Part shown: positions 8,550 through 17,642 of the stretch, in pieces | How positions within the stretch are numbered: the first letter of the stretch is position 1 | How the letters are laid out: every line of letters starts with the position of its first letter | Assembly: GCA_036480375.1 (NCBI GenBank) | Contig: JAZGGI010000008.1 | Location: 3,835-67,834, forward strand | DNA length: 64,000 bases | Direction of reading: 5' to 3' | DNA from: Candidatus Zixiibacteriota bacterium | Lineage (GTDB): Bacteria; Zixibacteria; MSB-5A5; GN15; JAAZOE01 | Program-made: the position numbers and the translations under genes | The notes under the pieces: model-generated | Told to the model about the DNA's origin: nothing | Databases searched by the model: none | What the model saw: the letters and a program-made list of their open reading frames with translations, nothing else

Positions 8550-9206
8550 TTAATGTCCTCCCTCCATCCGTCGATTGTGCCCATCGCCCATGCGGTCGCG
8601 CTGCTGCTCCATCCGCTGGCGGCGTTCGTCTTTAATCTTTTGATATTCCTTTATCTGTTCTGAAGATAAAACCGCTTCGACATTTTTATCGGTATCCTCA
8701 CTTATACCTTGCATGGCCTGGAGCATTTCGCGGCGATCCCGATTGCCGCTTCTCATTTCATCCATAAGAATCTGACGATCGTTATTTGCGGTTTCAAGAA
8801 TTTTTGCGATTTTTTCCTGCTGATCTTCGGTCAATTTCAATCGTTCGATGAGAGTTTTCAATTGATCATCACTCGACCAGTCTCTGACAAATTCCATTTT
8901 TTTCAACTTCTTTTTCTGACGATCATCGAGAATAAAACCGATCCGTTTATGGACTTTATCATACCATTCCTGGCGGCTATCACGATCACCTCGTCTATGT
9001 TCGGATCTTTCGGCCCGGGCTTCCTGGCGCTTATTAAATTCCTCAATCAGTATCGGATGAATCTGATCCTTCTGACTGGAACTGAGTCTTAATTCTTTAT
9101 CGAGAATTTCGATATGCCGGTCGGCCCACTCCTCGGCCGCGTCAGCGAAAACCAGGCCGGCCATTAAAAAGACTATAATGATCACAAAACCAAAAGTAAA
9201 TTTCAC
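8550..9206 (-). CDS. Periplasmic LTXXQ-repeat protein (Spy/CpxP-like)
   Basis: It has a signal peptide, charged helical repeats and three LTXXQ-type motifs (LSSSQ, LTEDQ, LSSEQ). Confidence 0.5.
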   Translation of the reverse strand: MKFTFGFVIIIVFLMAGLVFADAAEEWADRHIEILDKELRLSSSQKDQIHPILIEEFNKRQEARAERSEHRRGDRDSRQEWYDKVHKRIGFILDDRQKKKLKKMEFVRDWSSDDQLKTLIERLKLTEDQQEKIAKILETANNDRQILMDEMRSGNRDRREMLQAMQGISEDTDKNVEAVLSSEQIKEYQKIKDERRQRMEQQRDRMGDGHNRRMEGGH

Positions 9207-9325
9207 ATTCTCCTCCGCAATGATTTAATTTTCATCAATATATTAGACATAAAAACGAGAGTAAAGTCTAAATATTTTTTGGATTATTTGTAACACAAAA
9301 AAATAGCTATCCAAGAATGATTACA

Positions 9326-9373
9326 CAAAAAAAGGGCTAAGGCGCTGAGCTGTGGGACCAGGCACAGCGCCTT
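9326..9373 (-). terminator. Intrinsic terminator downstream of the btuB-propeller operon
   Basis: The minus strand reads AAGGCGCTG...CAGCGCCTT (9-bp stem) followed by AGCCCTTTTTTTG. Confidence 0.6.
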
Positions 9374-9613
9374 ATCTGGGAGGGATATTAAAGGTTGTCC
9401 AATAACGCATAAGTGGAATAAATCCACAACAACCTGTACTCATATAACACACAAATTAAAAAATATGCAACAATTATTATCCCGAATTAGCAATTTATTT
9501 CATAATACTCAGATATTTCAGAAATTCCAGATTCGCAAATTGGCCAATTATATCATTTTTTAAACAATTTGAGAATTCTCATTAATTTGTATAAATGACT
9601 ATTATACAACAGA

Positions 9614-10834
9614 TTAATATGTTATACCAGACCCTATTCTGGGGGCAGGACCGTCTCGAAAGATAAAATTCACCAAATATACTGCATCACCTATGTTGAC
9701 GTATTTATCCATGTTTACATTGGCTCGCCAACCGGGCCAGGAGGGTGCCGGGCCATTCTTAAACACATGATTTATCAGATAAACGGCGTCTCCGACATCC
9801 ACTCCCCAATCTCCATTGGCGTCTCCCGGCTGATAATTAAAATCGATATGCACCGGGCCGTCGCCGACATTATAGGTATTTATAATTTGTCCCTCAGAAT
9901 TTATTCGGAATATCCGGTCCCCAAAAGTGCAGGCAAATGAGGTCGTATCCTGAAAAGCTACGATTCCCATCGAACCGGAATCAACATAAATCGGATTATT
10001 CGCGTCATGATAAATTTCAAAAGTTTCGCAATTATAGGAATAAACTTCGCCATCGTCGGTCCATCCTCCGGCTGAAATATAGGCAATATTATCGGCTCCG
10101 ACGGCAAGCAGACTCGGGTCCCCGCCCAGCTCTTTAGAATCGATGATGCTATTGGAAGCGGGATCAATACGATATACCGCTCCGCGATTCATCCAGTAAT
10201 CTCCGGTACAAATGCAGTGTATAATTCCCTGCATATCGACTGCCAGGAACTGAGGGTTGGTTCCGGTCAGGATTTCATAATCATTCATAACAGTATCGGC
10301 GAGGCAGTCATAGACAACTACTCTTCCCTGACCCCAGGTGTATGTATCAAAATCGTATCCGGTAACGGCGATATAGGCGCGATCGTTATAGATAATTATT
10401 CCCTCGGGTGATTGACCCACTTCGACGGTTATTACTATTTCACCGGTAGTGACATCGACTTTGGCGACGCTGTTGTTGACCATTAAGGTGACATAAAGAT
10501 ATTGATCGTCAAAAAATGCCATCCAAAACGGATTGCTGTATTCGGGCAGCTCAATCCATCCAACGGTCGTTTCATTATTTAGATTTATTATTTGAATCTC
10601 AGACGTCCCGGATAAGACTACATAAGCCAGAGTGTCTCGGATAATTATTTGATTGGGAAAACTATAAATATCGGTTCCAATCGCGATTATGTTGTTTGTA
10701 ACCTGTCCGGTATTCAAATCAATTTTTGAAAGTGTTTCGCCCGAGGTATTGACAACGTAAGCCGTTGGATCGGCGGCAAATATAATAGAAGCATAAAATA
10801 GCCCCAAAAATAAAAAACATCCAATGCGTATCAT
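9614..10834 (-). CDS. Secreted YVTN-type beta-propeller protein with two C-terminal dockerin-like repeats
   Basis: It has a signal peptide and repeated ~40-aa units (AYVVNTSGETLSKIDLNTGQV, LYVTLMVNNSVAKVDVTTGEI, AYIAVTG...). The C-terminus is GDANGDWGVDVGDAVYLINHVF...VNMDKYVNIGDAVYLVNFIF. Its ATG overlaps the stop of the upstream receptor gene (ATGA). Confidence 0.75.
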   Translation of the reverse strand: MIRIGCFLFLGLFYASIIFAADPTAYVVNTSGETLSKIDLNTGQVTNNIIAIGTDIYSFPNQIIIRDTLAYVVLSGTSEIQIINLNNETTVGWIELPEYSNPFWMAFFDDQYLYVTLMVNNSVAKVDVTTGEIVITVEVGQSPEGIIIYNDRAYIAVTGYDFDTYTWGQGRVVVYDCLADTVMNDYEILTGTNPQFLAVDMQGIIHCICTGDYWMNRGAVYRIDPASNSIIDSKELGGDPSLLAVGADNIAYISAGGWTDDGEVYSYNCETFEIYHDANNPIYVDSGSMGIVAFQDTTSFACTFGDRIFRINSEGQIINTYNVGDGPVHIDFNYQPGDANGDWGVDVGDAVYLINHVFKNGPAPSWPGWRANVNMDKYVNIGDAVYLVNFIFRDGPAPRIGSGITY

Positions 10835-13203
10835 GGTTTTTCTCCTTTTGTAAGTTTGGTTGGTGATTTATCGGGAAACCGGTAGGTCAGAGATAAATCA
10901 ATACTCCAGTCTCTCCCCGGCATCGGGAATTGACCGATGAGAGTATAATTTTCATCCCTGAGATTTTTGATCCGGTAAACGGTTTCTATCCGGATATTTG
11001 AGTAATTTAATTTAAGCGCAATATAACAATCGTCAATTCGATAGGCGTCATACCATTTGGTATTGGCATCAAGTGAATATCTTTTATCGACCAGGCGAAT
11101 CGAATATTGTCCCACCGCTTTCCAAACCGTTAATTTTGTTTGAATCGTCGTTGTATATCGAGGTCGATAAGTTAAATCCATATTATGATTGCTGCTGCTT
11201 GCGGTTTTGTTTTTAGGAACCAGGACGGTATTTTGATAAGAAATTTCCAGGCGTTTGGAAAAAAGTCCCAGTCGAATAAAATCTTCATGCCCGGTAATGC
11301 GGGCCGCATCAAGGTTCACCGGCTTCCAGGCAAACCCCGGAGAAGTTAGACGCCAGACGATTATATCCTTAATGTGATTATGGAAATATGTAATTCCGGC
11401 TGATAGATCAATTTTACCCTCATATTCAATTTCAAATCCAGCTTCACTCTGTTCGGATCTCTCCGGCCTTAATAATGGATTTCCGACAGCCCATGCGTCA
11501 CTCTTCCAGAAAAGCGCGACCAAGGCAGGCAATTGAAACGACGTCCCATAATTGCCGCGCAGAGTCATACGAATCTTTTTGCCGGTTGAAATAGCAAGAC
11601 CAATTTTCTTTGATAAAATATTTAATGAAGATAAGTGATTCTCGCCGGTTTGGCTGACATGATTTTCATTAGATGTGCGATTGTAATCATGACGCAGGCC
11701 GCCATTGAATGTCACCGACATGCCGGGATCAGAAATCTCGAATTTTTTCCGAAGGCTGACAAAAACAGCGCCATTGCTTCGAACCGTTTTGCCCATTGAT
11801 TGGGTGGGGCGGAATAGATCTTTATGGTCAACTCTATCCTGGCGCAGAGCAATCCCCCATTGGAGATCGCCTAAATTTGGAGATAAGTATGTATCAAGAG
11901 CGTCAAAAGAAATTTTATCGGTAAAGGATTGATTTTCAGTTCGCTTAAATGGGTTTGCCGATTTGATATTATTATAGTGCTGCTCAAACCGCGACGCATT
12001 CAAGGTTAATTTGATATTGTGAAGGGGAGTTGGAAGATAATCATAAGCGGCGCTACCCAATATCCGTTTATCTTCTTTATATGCATGATCATCGGGCTGA
12101 GTCACGGGACCGGGCAGGCCGTATTTAGATGAAAAAAACTGACCGGTATATGTCAAAAATGATTTCGGAGAGCTATCATACTTTCCCGAAATAAAATAAT
12201 TATCTCTAACAGTATAGGCATTCCGTCGAATCCCAGACTCGACCACTCCGACCGGCAAGGTCACATATTTATAATGAAAATCGCCGTTTGTCCGGTAATG
12301 GTTGTAGCTGAATACATTGATTATCGCTGAATTAGGGATTATATCGGTGCCGGTAACGTCAGTCGTTTCCGTCTTCCATTTGCCCAAACCGCGATTGAAA
12401 AACAACTCCGCCGGATTCTTGAAACTTCTGGACAGAGTAATTATATTTACGGCTCCCCCCATCGCTCCGGGTCCAAACCTCGCTGACGAACTCCCTCGAT
12501 ATATTTCCACGCGCTCGATTATTTCAAGGGGTATTGAGTTCAGATCGGCAACGCCGTCTCCCGCGTTATTTAAGGGGTGGCCATTCAGCATAACCAGGAC
12601 ATGGCGCGATTCGCATCCTCTTATACTAACGGTTTTCTTACCGCCGGTTCCCGATTCCAGGACTGCCACTCCATTAGCGTTGTCAAGAATATCACCAAGA
12701 TCCTCCGCCTTAGATTCAATTATACTTTTTCGATTGATAATTTCAACATCTGCTGAGCTTTGCGATGATTTTGTTGATGAAACGATGGTCGAGTTTTTTA
12801 AATTATATATTTTCCTTTCAAGATAAATATTCAATTTACGGGACATATCGGGGATAATTTCAATACTTAATTGCTCAGAAGGAATATACCCTTCCGCGAT
12901 GACAGTTACCGAAACGAATCCGACCGGAAGATGTTCAAAATGAAAATATCCGGTGTTATCCGTCCGGGCTACATAATTAGAGTTAGAAATATTTACCGAA
13001 GCGCCGCTTACCGGGGAGCCGTCGGCCTTATCAAAAACCCGCCCCGATAGCGTTACCGTCGATTGTGCGAGGGCTTGACCGCCAATCGAAATTAGAATAG
13101 CCAGAAGTATAAGAATTTTATGGCAGGCAAGGGTTCGCGGCGTGACGGGACTTAAGCAACAAAAAATCCCGACAACGCCTCTTGTCAGTCGGGAAAGCTC
13201 CAA
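10831..13203 (-). CDS. btuB: TonB-dependent outer-membrane receptor with an N-terminal CarboxypepD_reg-like domain; likely a cobalamin/corrinoid receptor
   Basis: It has a plug domain (VSIRGCESRHVLVMLNGHPLNN, IERVEIYRGSSSARFGPGAMGGAVNIIT) and a beta-barrel ending LSLTYRF plus a 14-aa tail. A cobalamin riboswitch lies directly upstream. The TTG start sits behind GAGGGAGGGAG. Confidence 0.8.
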   Translation of the reverse strand: MELSRLTRGVVGIFCCLSPVTPRTLACHKILILLAILISIGGQALAQSTVTLSGRVFDKADGSPVSGASVNISNSNYVARTDNTGYFHFEHLPVGFVSVTVIAEGYIPSEQLSIEIIPDMSRKLNIYLERKIYNLKNSTIVSSTKSSQSSADVEIINRKSIIESKAEDLGDILDNANGVAVLESGTGGKKTVSIRGCESRHVLVMLNGHPLNNAGDGVADLNSIPLEIIERVEIYRGSSSARFGPGAMGGAVNIITLSRSFKNPAELFFNRGLGKWKTETTDVTGTDIIPNSAIINVFSYNHYRTNGDFHYKYVTLPVGVVESGIRRNAYTVRDNYFISGKYDSSPKSFLTYTGQFFSSKYGLPGPVTQPDDHAYKEDKRILGSAAYDYLPTPLHNIKLTLNASRFEQHYNNIKSANPFKRTENQSFTDKISFDALDTYLSPNLGDLQWGIALRQDRVDHKDLFRPTQSMGKTVRSNGAVFVSLRKKFEISDPGMSVTFNGGLRHDYNRTSNENHVSQTGENHLSSLNILSKKIGLAISTGKKIRMTLRGNYGTSFQLPALVALFWKSDAWAVGNPLLRPERSEQSEAGFEIEYEGKIDLSAGITYFHNHIKDIIVWRLTSPGFAWKPVNLDAARITGHEDFIRLGLFSKRLEISYQNTVLVPKNKTASSSNHNMDLTYRPRYTTTIQTKLTVWKAVGQYSIRLVDKRYSLDANTKWYDAYRIDDCYIALKLNYSNIRIETVYRIKNLRDENYTLIGQFPMPGRDWSIDLSLTYRFPDKSPTKLTKGEKP

Positions 13204-13231
13204 CGCTCCCTCCCTCGAGGGCTGTCGAATT

Positions 13232-13400
13232 AATAGTCCTGAGTTCGGCAGGTCTCCTGGCTTGCGGCATCAAGCCTATCAGGCTCCCTTCCCCCCGAAT
13301 TTGATATCCGGGAGTGGGATATGAACCTTTCGTAGCCGCTTACAGTAGCGGGGCTGCGACGGATTTTCACCGTCTTCCCTATTATCCGCGACGCGGACCG
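13232..13400 (-). promoter_or_regulatory. Cobalamin (B12) riboswitch
   Basis: The minus strand reads AATAGGGAAGACGGTGAAAATCCGTCGCAGCCCCGCTACTGTAAGCGG ... GCCGCAAGCCAGGAGACCTGCCGAAC. That covers the conserved core and the B12 box (AGCCAGGAGACCTGCC). It ends about 30 nt before the receptor start. Confidence 0.85.
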
Positions 13401-13454
13401 AAATCGTTTACTTTGTCAGTATATGGCTTGAATTAAATTATGTCAATAAAAAAA

Positions 13455-13490
13455 TAAAAAATAAAAAACCCCGCCAAAAAGCGGGGTTTG
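13455..13490 (-). terminator. Intrinsic terminator after the 13517 lipoprotein gene (end of the ccm transcription unit)
   Basis: A perfect 8-bp stem AACCCCGC/GCGGGGTT with a 6-nt loop is followed on the minus strand by TTTTTTATTTTTT. Confidence 0.7.
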
Positions 13491-13516
13491 AAAATTTATC
13501 ATACGACTAAAAGAAT

Positions 13517-14821
13517 TTACTCATCCTTAAGTATAATCTGATAATGCGGGAAGACTTCAACCGCCGGTATCGTCAGATTAAATACCAGACCGTCAACCGT
13601 ACTCATGTTTCCATTGGCGTCAATAAAGTACATTGTCGTCGCTTTACTGACTTCCGATTCGGTATTATTGACCGTCACCATACCATTTTCAAAAATAAGC
13701 TGTTTGGTAGTATCCGGGAACGTGAAATGCACGGTGGTATCGAATTCCGTCCAATCATAAGTACGGTAAAACCGCCTTTTCGATTGTGCCACAGTAGGAT
13801 CACAATTAATATATACCTGGAACGTATCTATTGTTATATACGGGAGGAAATCGGGATTGATGCTGACAACCGTAATTTCAACAAAGAAATCGTTTATGGT
13901 AGTATCAATATCTAAAGGATCAGTAGAAATCGTATCCAGAATAGTATCCATCGCCAGTTCGCATAACCCGGCTGAATCTACGGGCAGATAGAATGAATCG
14001 ACAATTCCCCAGAAACCCCAAAGCAAAGTATCATAATAAGTGGTGTCTGGAGCCAGAGGAAGCTGGGCCAGGGGATCCATTATGTGCGTGGATATGGTTG
14101 TATCGATGGTTGTATCGATAACTAAAGGATCAGGAGAAATGGTATCCAGAATTACTATATAAAAAAACCATTCCGCATAATAAACTTCCTGCTCATAAAT
14201 CGAATCGGGAGGTACTAATAGGGAATCCGGGTGAAAGATACCTATCGAATCATACTTGAATATTGGAGTCCTTGAGGGATCAAAAGTTTTGGAAGTAAAT
14301 GCTGTATCGGCCGAAACTACGTCCCAGGCTGAATCAATGGTCATGGCGTAATCAATACGGAATGAATCAATCCAGGTGAATGTATCCGGTCTTGTAAAGC
14401 TGAAAGTATAAGCTTGTTGCGGATTGAAACCAAAGACAACAGATGTTGTGTCAATAATGATTGAATCAACCGAAATCACAGTGGTATCAATCGGGGTGAC
14501 AGTAGTGTCAATAATGATTGAATCAACCGAAATCACAGCGGTATCAATTGAGGTGATATAGGTTCCTGAACCCAGGGTACCGATAAATCCATTGGTGTCG
14601 GTATAAACCGATTCAAGCCAGCCGATATCCGGCTCGACGGTCAAAAGTACGGAATCGACGCCGAACATTTGATAATCATTGTCGATCTTCAAGTGAAACA
14701 CCGGATAGGTATTATGATGTTTCGGAATTGGATTTACGGTATTGTCATCATTTTCGAACCAACTGCATCCTGTTATCAGCAATAATAATATTGCCGTCAG
14801 GAACGAAATCAATATTCTCAT
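13517..14821 (-). CDS. Lipoprotein of unknown function, Thr/Asp/Ile-rich with internal repeats
   Basis: The start was moved to ATG 14821 (MRILISFLTAILLLLITGC, lipobox ITGC) behind GGGAGGAAC. Repeats are ISVDSIIIDTT... x2 and ILDTIS(P/T)DPL(V/D)IDTTI x2. Confidence 0.6.
   Translation of the reverse strand: MRILISFLTAILLLLITGCSWFENDDNTVNPIPKHHNTYPVFHLKIDNDYQMFGVDSVLLTVEPDIGWLESVYTDTNGFIGTLGSGTYITSIDTAVISVDSIIIDTTVTPIDTTVISVDSIIIDTTSVVFGFNPQQAYTFSFTRPDTFTWIDSFRIDYAMTIDSAWDVVSADTAFTSKTFDPSRTPIFKYDSIGIFHPDSLLVPPDSIYEQEVYYAEWFFYIVILDTISPDPLVIDTTIDTTISTHIMDPLAQLPLAPDTTYYDTLLWGFWGIVDSFYLPVDSAGLCELAMDTILDTISTDPLDIDTTINDFFVEITVVSINPDFLPYITIDTFQVYINCDPTVAQSKRRFYRTYDWTEFDTTVHFTFPDTTKQLIFENGMVTVNNTESEVSKATTMYFIDANGNMSTVDGLVFNLTIPAVEVFPHYQIILKDE
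14448..14548. repeat. In-frame 57-bp tandem duplication inside the lipoprotein gene
   Basis: The 44-nt core GTGTCAATAATGATTGAATCAACCGAAATCACAG(T/C)GGTATCAAT occurs at 14448 and 14505 with 1 mismatch. Confidence 0.85.
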
Positions 14822-14955
14822 TTGTTCCTCCCGAAAGTTTCGAAACGCAAGGCCATAATAATAATACTTTCGGCCCCGCCGGGCAAGGAAAATTATCCCT
14901 TTTTTATTACTCAGACGTCTTGAGCGGCTGGTTTGTGCAATTGGCACGAGGCAGG

Positions 14956-17145
14956 TCAAGCGATATTTTTTTGCTTCTCCCAGCGATTTCCAAATGACAG
15001 CAATCCTCCCAGTACAAGAAGGATAGTTCCCGCCCAAAGAATATTCATTGTTGGTTTTTTGGAGACCTCCAAAATCAGGCGATCTTCGGGATTTTTATCG
15101 GTTAAGCCCTCGACGGAAATGCGAACGGCACCCTGATCAGCATAGATTTGCTCCAATCGAACCCGATGATTTTCAAGACCTTCCCTGAGGGGAACGTCGA
15201 TATACTCCATCCCTCCGGCGGGTCTGTAAATTATCGCAGGAGTTATGATTCCCATTTGCCCCAAAGTATCGGTCACCTCAATTTCGGCACCGAATTTCAT
15301 CTCCCCGCCTTCGGCGTGAGCGTCAGTTGCAAAGCCTTTAAATGCGAAAGAGTATGAACCAAGAGGTATGGCATGAGACTGTTCTAATATTATCCCGTTT
15401 TGAGCCGACAAGTCCTGGATTTGCTCAGGAGCGAAATAAATATCATATAATAAATGACGCGAAATATAAGGCTTTTTCATTAAGCCCTGAGATCGCTCAG
15501 ACCAATATAATTTTGGCCGTGCCTCATAAATTTCCCCGCTGTCGGACACCTTAAGAAGAATTTCGTTTTGAGGATTTTCCAAATGAGAGGTCAGTCCCTG
15601 ATATTCAATCTCAAGATTAAATACCGATCCGGTTTCATTACGATTAATAACAATTTTTTCTCCCAAAGCATAAGCCGACGATCCCAGGATGCCCAAAAGC
15701 ATAAGGGCGAATCCAAAATGACTCAACTGAGCTCCCGCGGATTTGATTTTACCTGGCAACAATTTAATCAAAGCAATCAGATTGGAGATGACCGCCACCG
15801 ACACCGTAAAAATATATAATAGATTGGTAAATTCTTTAACTCCCCGGAAATAACATACCAAACTAATAACCAGCGCGACTACAATCGAGATAATACTCTT
15901 TTTCAACAAATCCTTGAGATTTCCGCCATTCCAAGCCATAGCCGGAGCCAATCCCAGAAAGATCCCCATCAGGATTGCGAGGGGAAACGTGATTTTCGTA
16001 TAGACCGTCGTATCCACCGCGCCGGCTTCACCAAAAACGCTCGTAATCAGCGGCCAGGATGTCCCGGAAAGAACTAACAATGCGATTAAAATTAATACCC
16101 AAACGGAAAACAAAAGAGCAAACTGCTTTGAGGTCATTGACAGATTGACGGCCGGGCCCTTGACCCGCTTAAATCTTATCACGAAATAAAACAAGGCCAG
16201 AAGGATCGAACCCGACATGAAACTAATAAGTAAATTATTAACTCCCAAGTCTACGAAACTATGGACCGAGAAATCCGCCAGCACTCCCGAGCGAGTCAAA
16301 AACGTGCCATACACTACTAACAGAAAAATTAATATGGCCATGAACAGATTTGTCTTTGGAAGAGAACCGCTTCTTCTTTCAATTAATAATCCATGAACCA
16401 ATGCCAGCGAAATCATCCAGGGGATAAAAGAGGAATTTTCTACCGGGTCCCAAGCCCAGTAACCGCCCCAACCCAGAGTCTTATAAGCCCAAAAGCCGCC
16501 CATAATATTTCCGGCAGCCAGGGTCACGGCAACGACCGTAACCGGGACGAAAACAATCGTGAGCCAATTCTTATAATCATTTTTAATCAGAGCCGCCAGC
16601 GCGATTGCATACGGAACTGCCGCGGCCGCATATCCGATAAATATTACCGGCGGATGAATAACCATCCAGGGGTCAATCAGCAAAGGATTTAATCCGGCTC
16701 CTTCGGGCTGCGCCACGGGTAACTTTTCAAAGGGCGATAATATCAACAGCATAACGCAGAAAAAGAAATTTATCAGACCGTAAACAAACATCGCATGATT
16801 GGTATATTCGCGGCCCCGATAGATTAGATAAAACCCGAAAAAGGCCAGAAGCGCCAGCCATAATAAATAAGTGCCCTGCTGACCGGCCCAGAATGCGGAA
16901 ATTAAATAAAATAGCGGCAGGTCTGACGATGAATAATCATAAACATATTTGTATGAATAATCACCGGAAATGAAATAATAAAACAAAAGGGCGCACGCCA
17001 TTAATACCAGCGCGGTAAAATATTTATAACTTAGACGGCCCAACTCGGCGAATTTCGCCTTGCCTCGCAATACCATAAAATAACTGAAGGTGCAGGTCAG
17101 GCACGCGGCCGTGGTGAGTACTATTAGAAAGTTGCCTAAATTCAC
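14956..17145 (-). CDS. ccmF: Cytochrome c-type biogenesis protein CcmF (heme lyase component)
   Basis: It is polytopic and carries the WWD-type motif WGGYWAWDPVENSSFIPW plus a long C-terminal periplasmic domain. It sits in an operon with ccmE, ccmD, ccmC, ccmB and ccmA. Confidence 0.9.
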   Translation of the reverse strand: MNLGNFLIVLTTAACLTCTFSYFMVLRGKAKFAELGRLSYKYFTALVLMACALLFYYFISGDYSYKYVYDYSSSDLPLFYLISAFWAGQQGTYLLWLALLAFFGFYLIYRGREYTNHAMFVYGLINFFFCVMLLILSPFEKLPVAQPEGAGLNPLLIDPWMVIHPPVIFIGYAAAAVPYAIALAALIKNDYKNWLTIVFVPVTVVAVTLAAGNIMGGFWAYKTLGWGGYWAWDPVENSSFIPWMISLALVHGLLIERRSGSLPKTNLFMAILIFLLVVYGTFLTRSGVLADFSVHSFVDLGVNNLLISFMSGSILLALFYFVIRFKRVKGPAVNLSMTSKQFALLFSVWVLILIALLVLSGTSWPLITSVFGEAGAVDTTVYTKITFPLAILMGIFLGLAPAMAWNGGNLKDLLKKSIISIVVALVISLVCYFRGVKEFTNLLYIFTVSVAVISNLIALIKLLPGKIKSAGAQLSHFGFALMLLGILGSSAYALGEKIVINRNETGSVFNLEIEYQGLTSHLENPQNEILLKVSDSGEIYEARPKLYWSERSQGLMKKPYISRHLLYDIYFAPEQIQDLSAQNGIILEQSHAIPLGSYSFAFKGFATDAHAEGGEMKFGAEIEVTDTLGQMGIITPAIIYRPAGGMEYIDVPLREGLENHRVRLEQIYADQGAVRISVEGLTDKNPEDRLILEVSKKPTMNILWAGTILLVLGGLLSFGNRWEKQKNIA

Positions 17146-17148
17146 GTC

Positions 17149-17535
17149 TTAAGCCTCTTGATCCAACCCCTGATATTTCGAGGGACATTTAACGAGCAAT
17201 TGATCGGCCACAAAAACCCCGTTATCGTAGCGTCCTTTGGCGACCACCGATGTAGCCTGTTCAAAATTCCCCGGAACCACGCCGCCATAAATTACTTTGA
17301 GCCTAAAATCGGATTCAGGATTTTCAAGGTCGGTTATTACAAATTCCAGGCGAGACTCTTCGGCATTGTAATTGACTGCGTCAAAATCGATTTTACCCAT
17401 AACCTGAACCGTCCCCTGCGTTGTTGATACTTTGGTCAGGGGTACATATGTGACAGTGGTTGAAACGAAGGAATATAATCCCCAGGTGACAAAGACGGCA
17501 ATTATCAGCAAACCGGCAATATATTTAGTTTTCAC
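17149..17535 (-). CDS. ccmE: Heme chaperone CcmE, CxxxY variant
   Basis: It has a single N-terminal TM, an OB-fold-sized body and the C-terminal motif LLVKCPSKYQG, where canonical CcmE has HxxxY. The start is GTG. Confidence 0.85.
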   Translation of the reverse strand: MKTKYIAGLLIIAVFVTWGLYSFVSTTVTYVPLTKVSTTQGTVQVMGKIDFDAVNYNAEESRLEFVITDLENPESDFRLKVIYGGVVPGNFEQATSVVAKGRYDNGVFVADQLLVKCPSKYQGLDQEA

Positions 17536-17537
17536 TT

Positions 17538-17642
17538 CTAATCCTCAAGCTTCTTAACTTTTCTATCTAACATCAGTAGATATACGAACAAGGCTACCCA
17601 AATGAGAAGGGTAACGGCCATGACCATGTAATTGGAAGTCAT
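17538..17642 (-). CDS. ccmD: CcmD-like small membrane protein (34 aa, absent from the ORF track)
   Basis: My translation is MTSNYMVMAVTLLIWVALFVYLLMLDRKVKKLED, one TM helix followed by a basic tail. Its ATG overlaps the ccmC stop (ATGA), and its stop lies 2 nt before the ccmE GTG. Confidence 0.6.
   Translation of the reverse strand: MTSNYMVMAVTLLIWVALFVYLLMLDRKVKKLED

Noticed and set aside
13467-13488. An identical 8-bp terminator stem AACCCCGC/GCGGGGTT here and at 36845-36866. I considered it as a dispersed repeat family.
   Set aside because: Only the stem and flanking A/T runs are shared, and the loops and flanks differ. Both sit exactly at gene ends, so they are ordinary intrinsic terminators.
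14448-14548. Near-identical direct repeats that could have been a CRISPR-like array or minisatellite.
   Set aside because: There are only two units. They are in frame inside a coding sequence, with no spacer/repeat alternation. No CRISPR array or cas gene is visible anywhere in the window.
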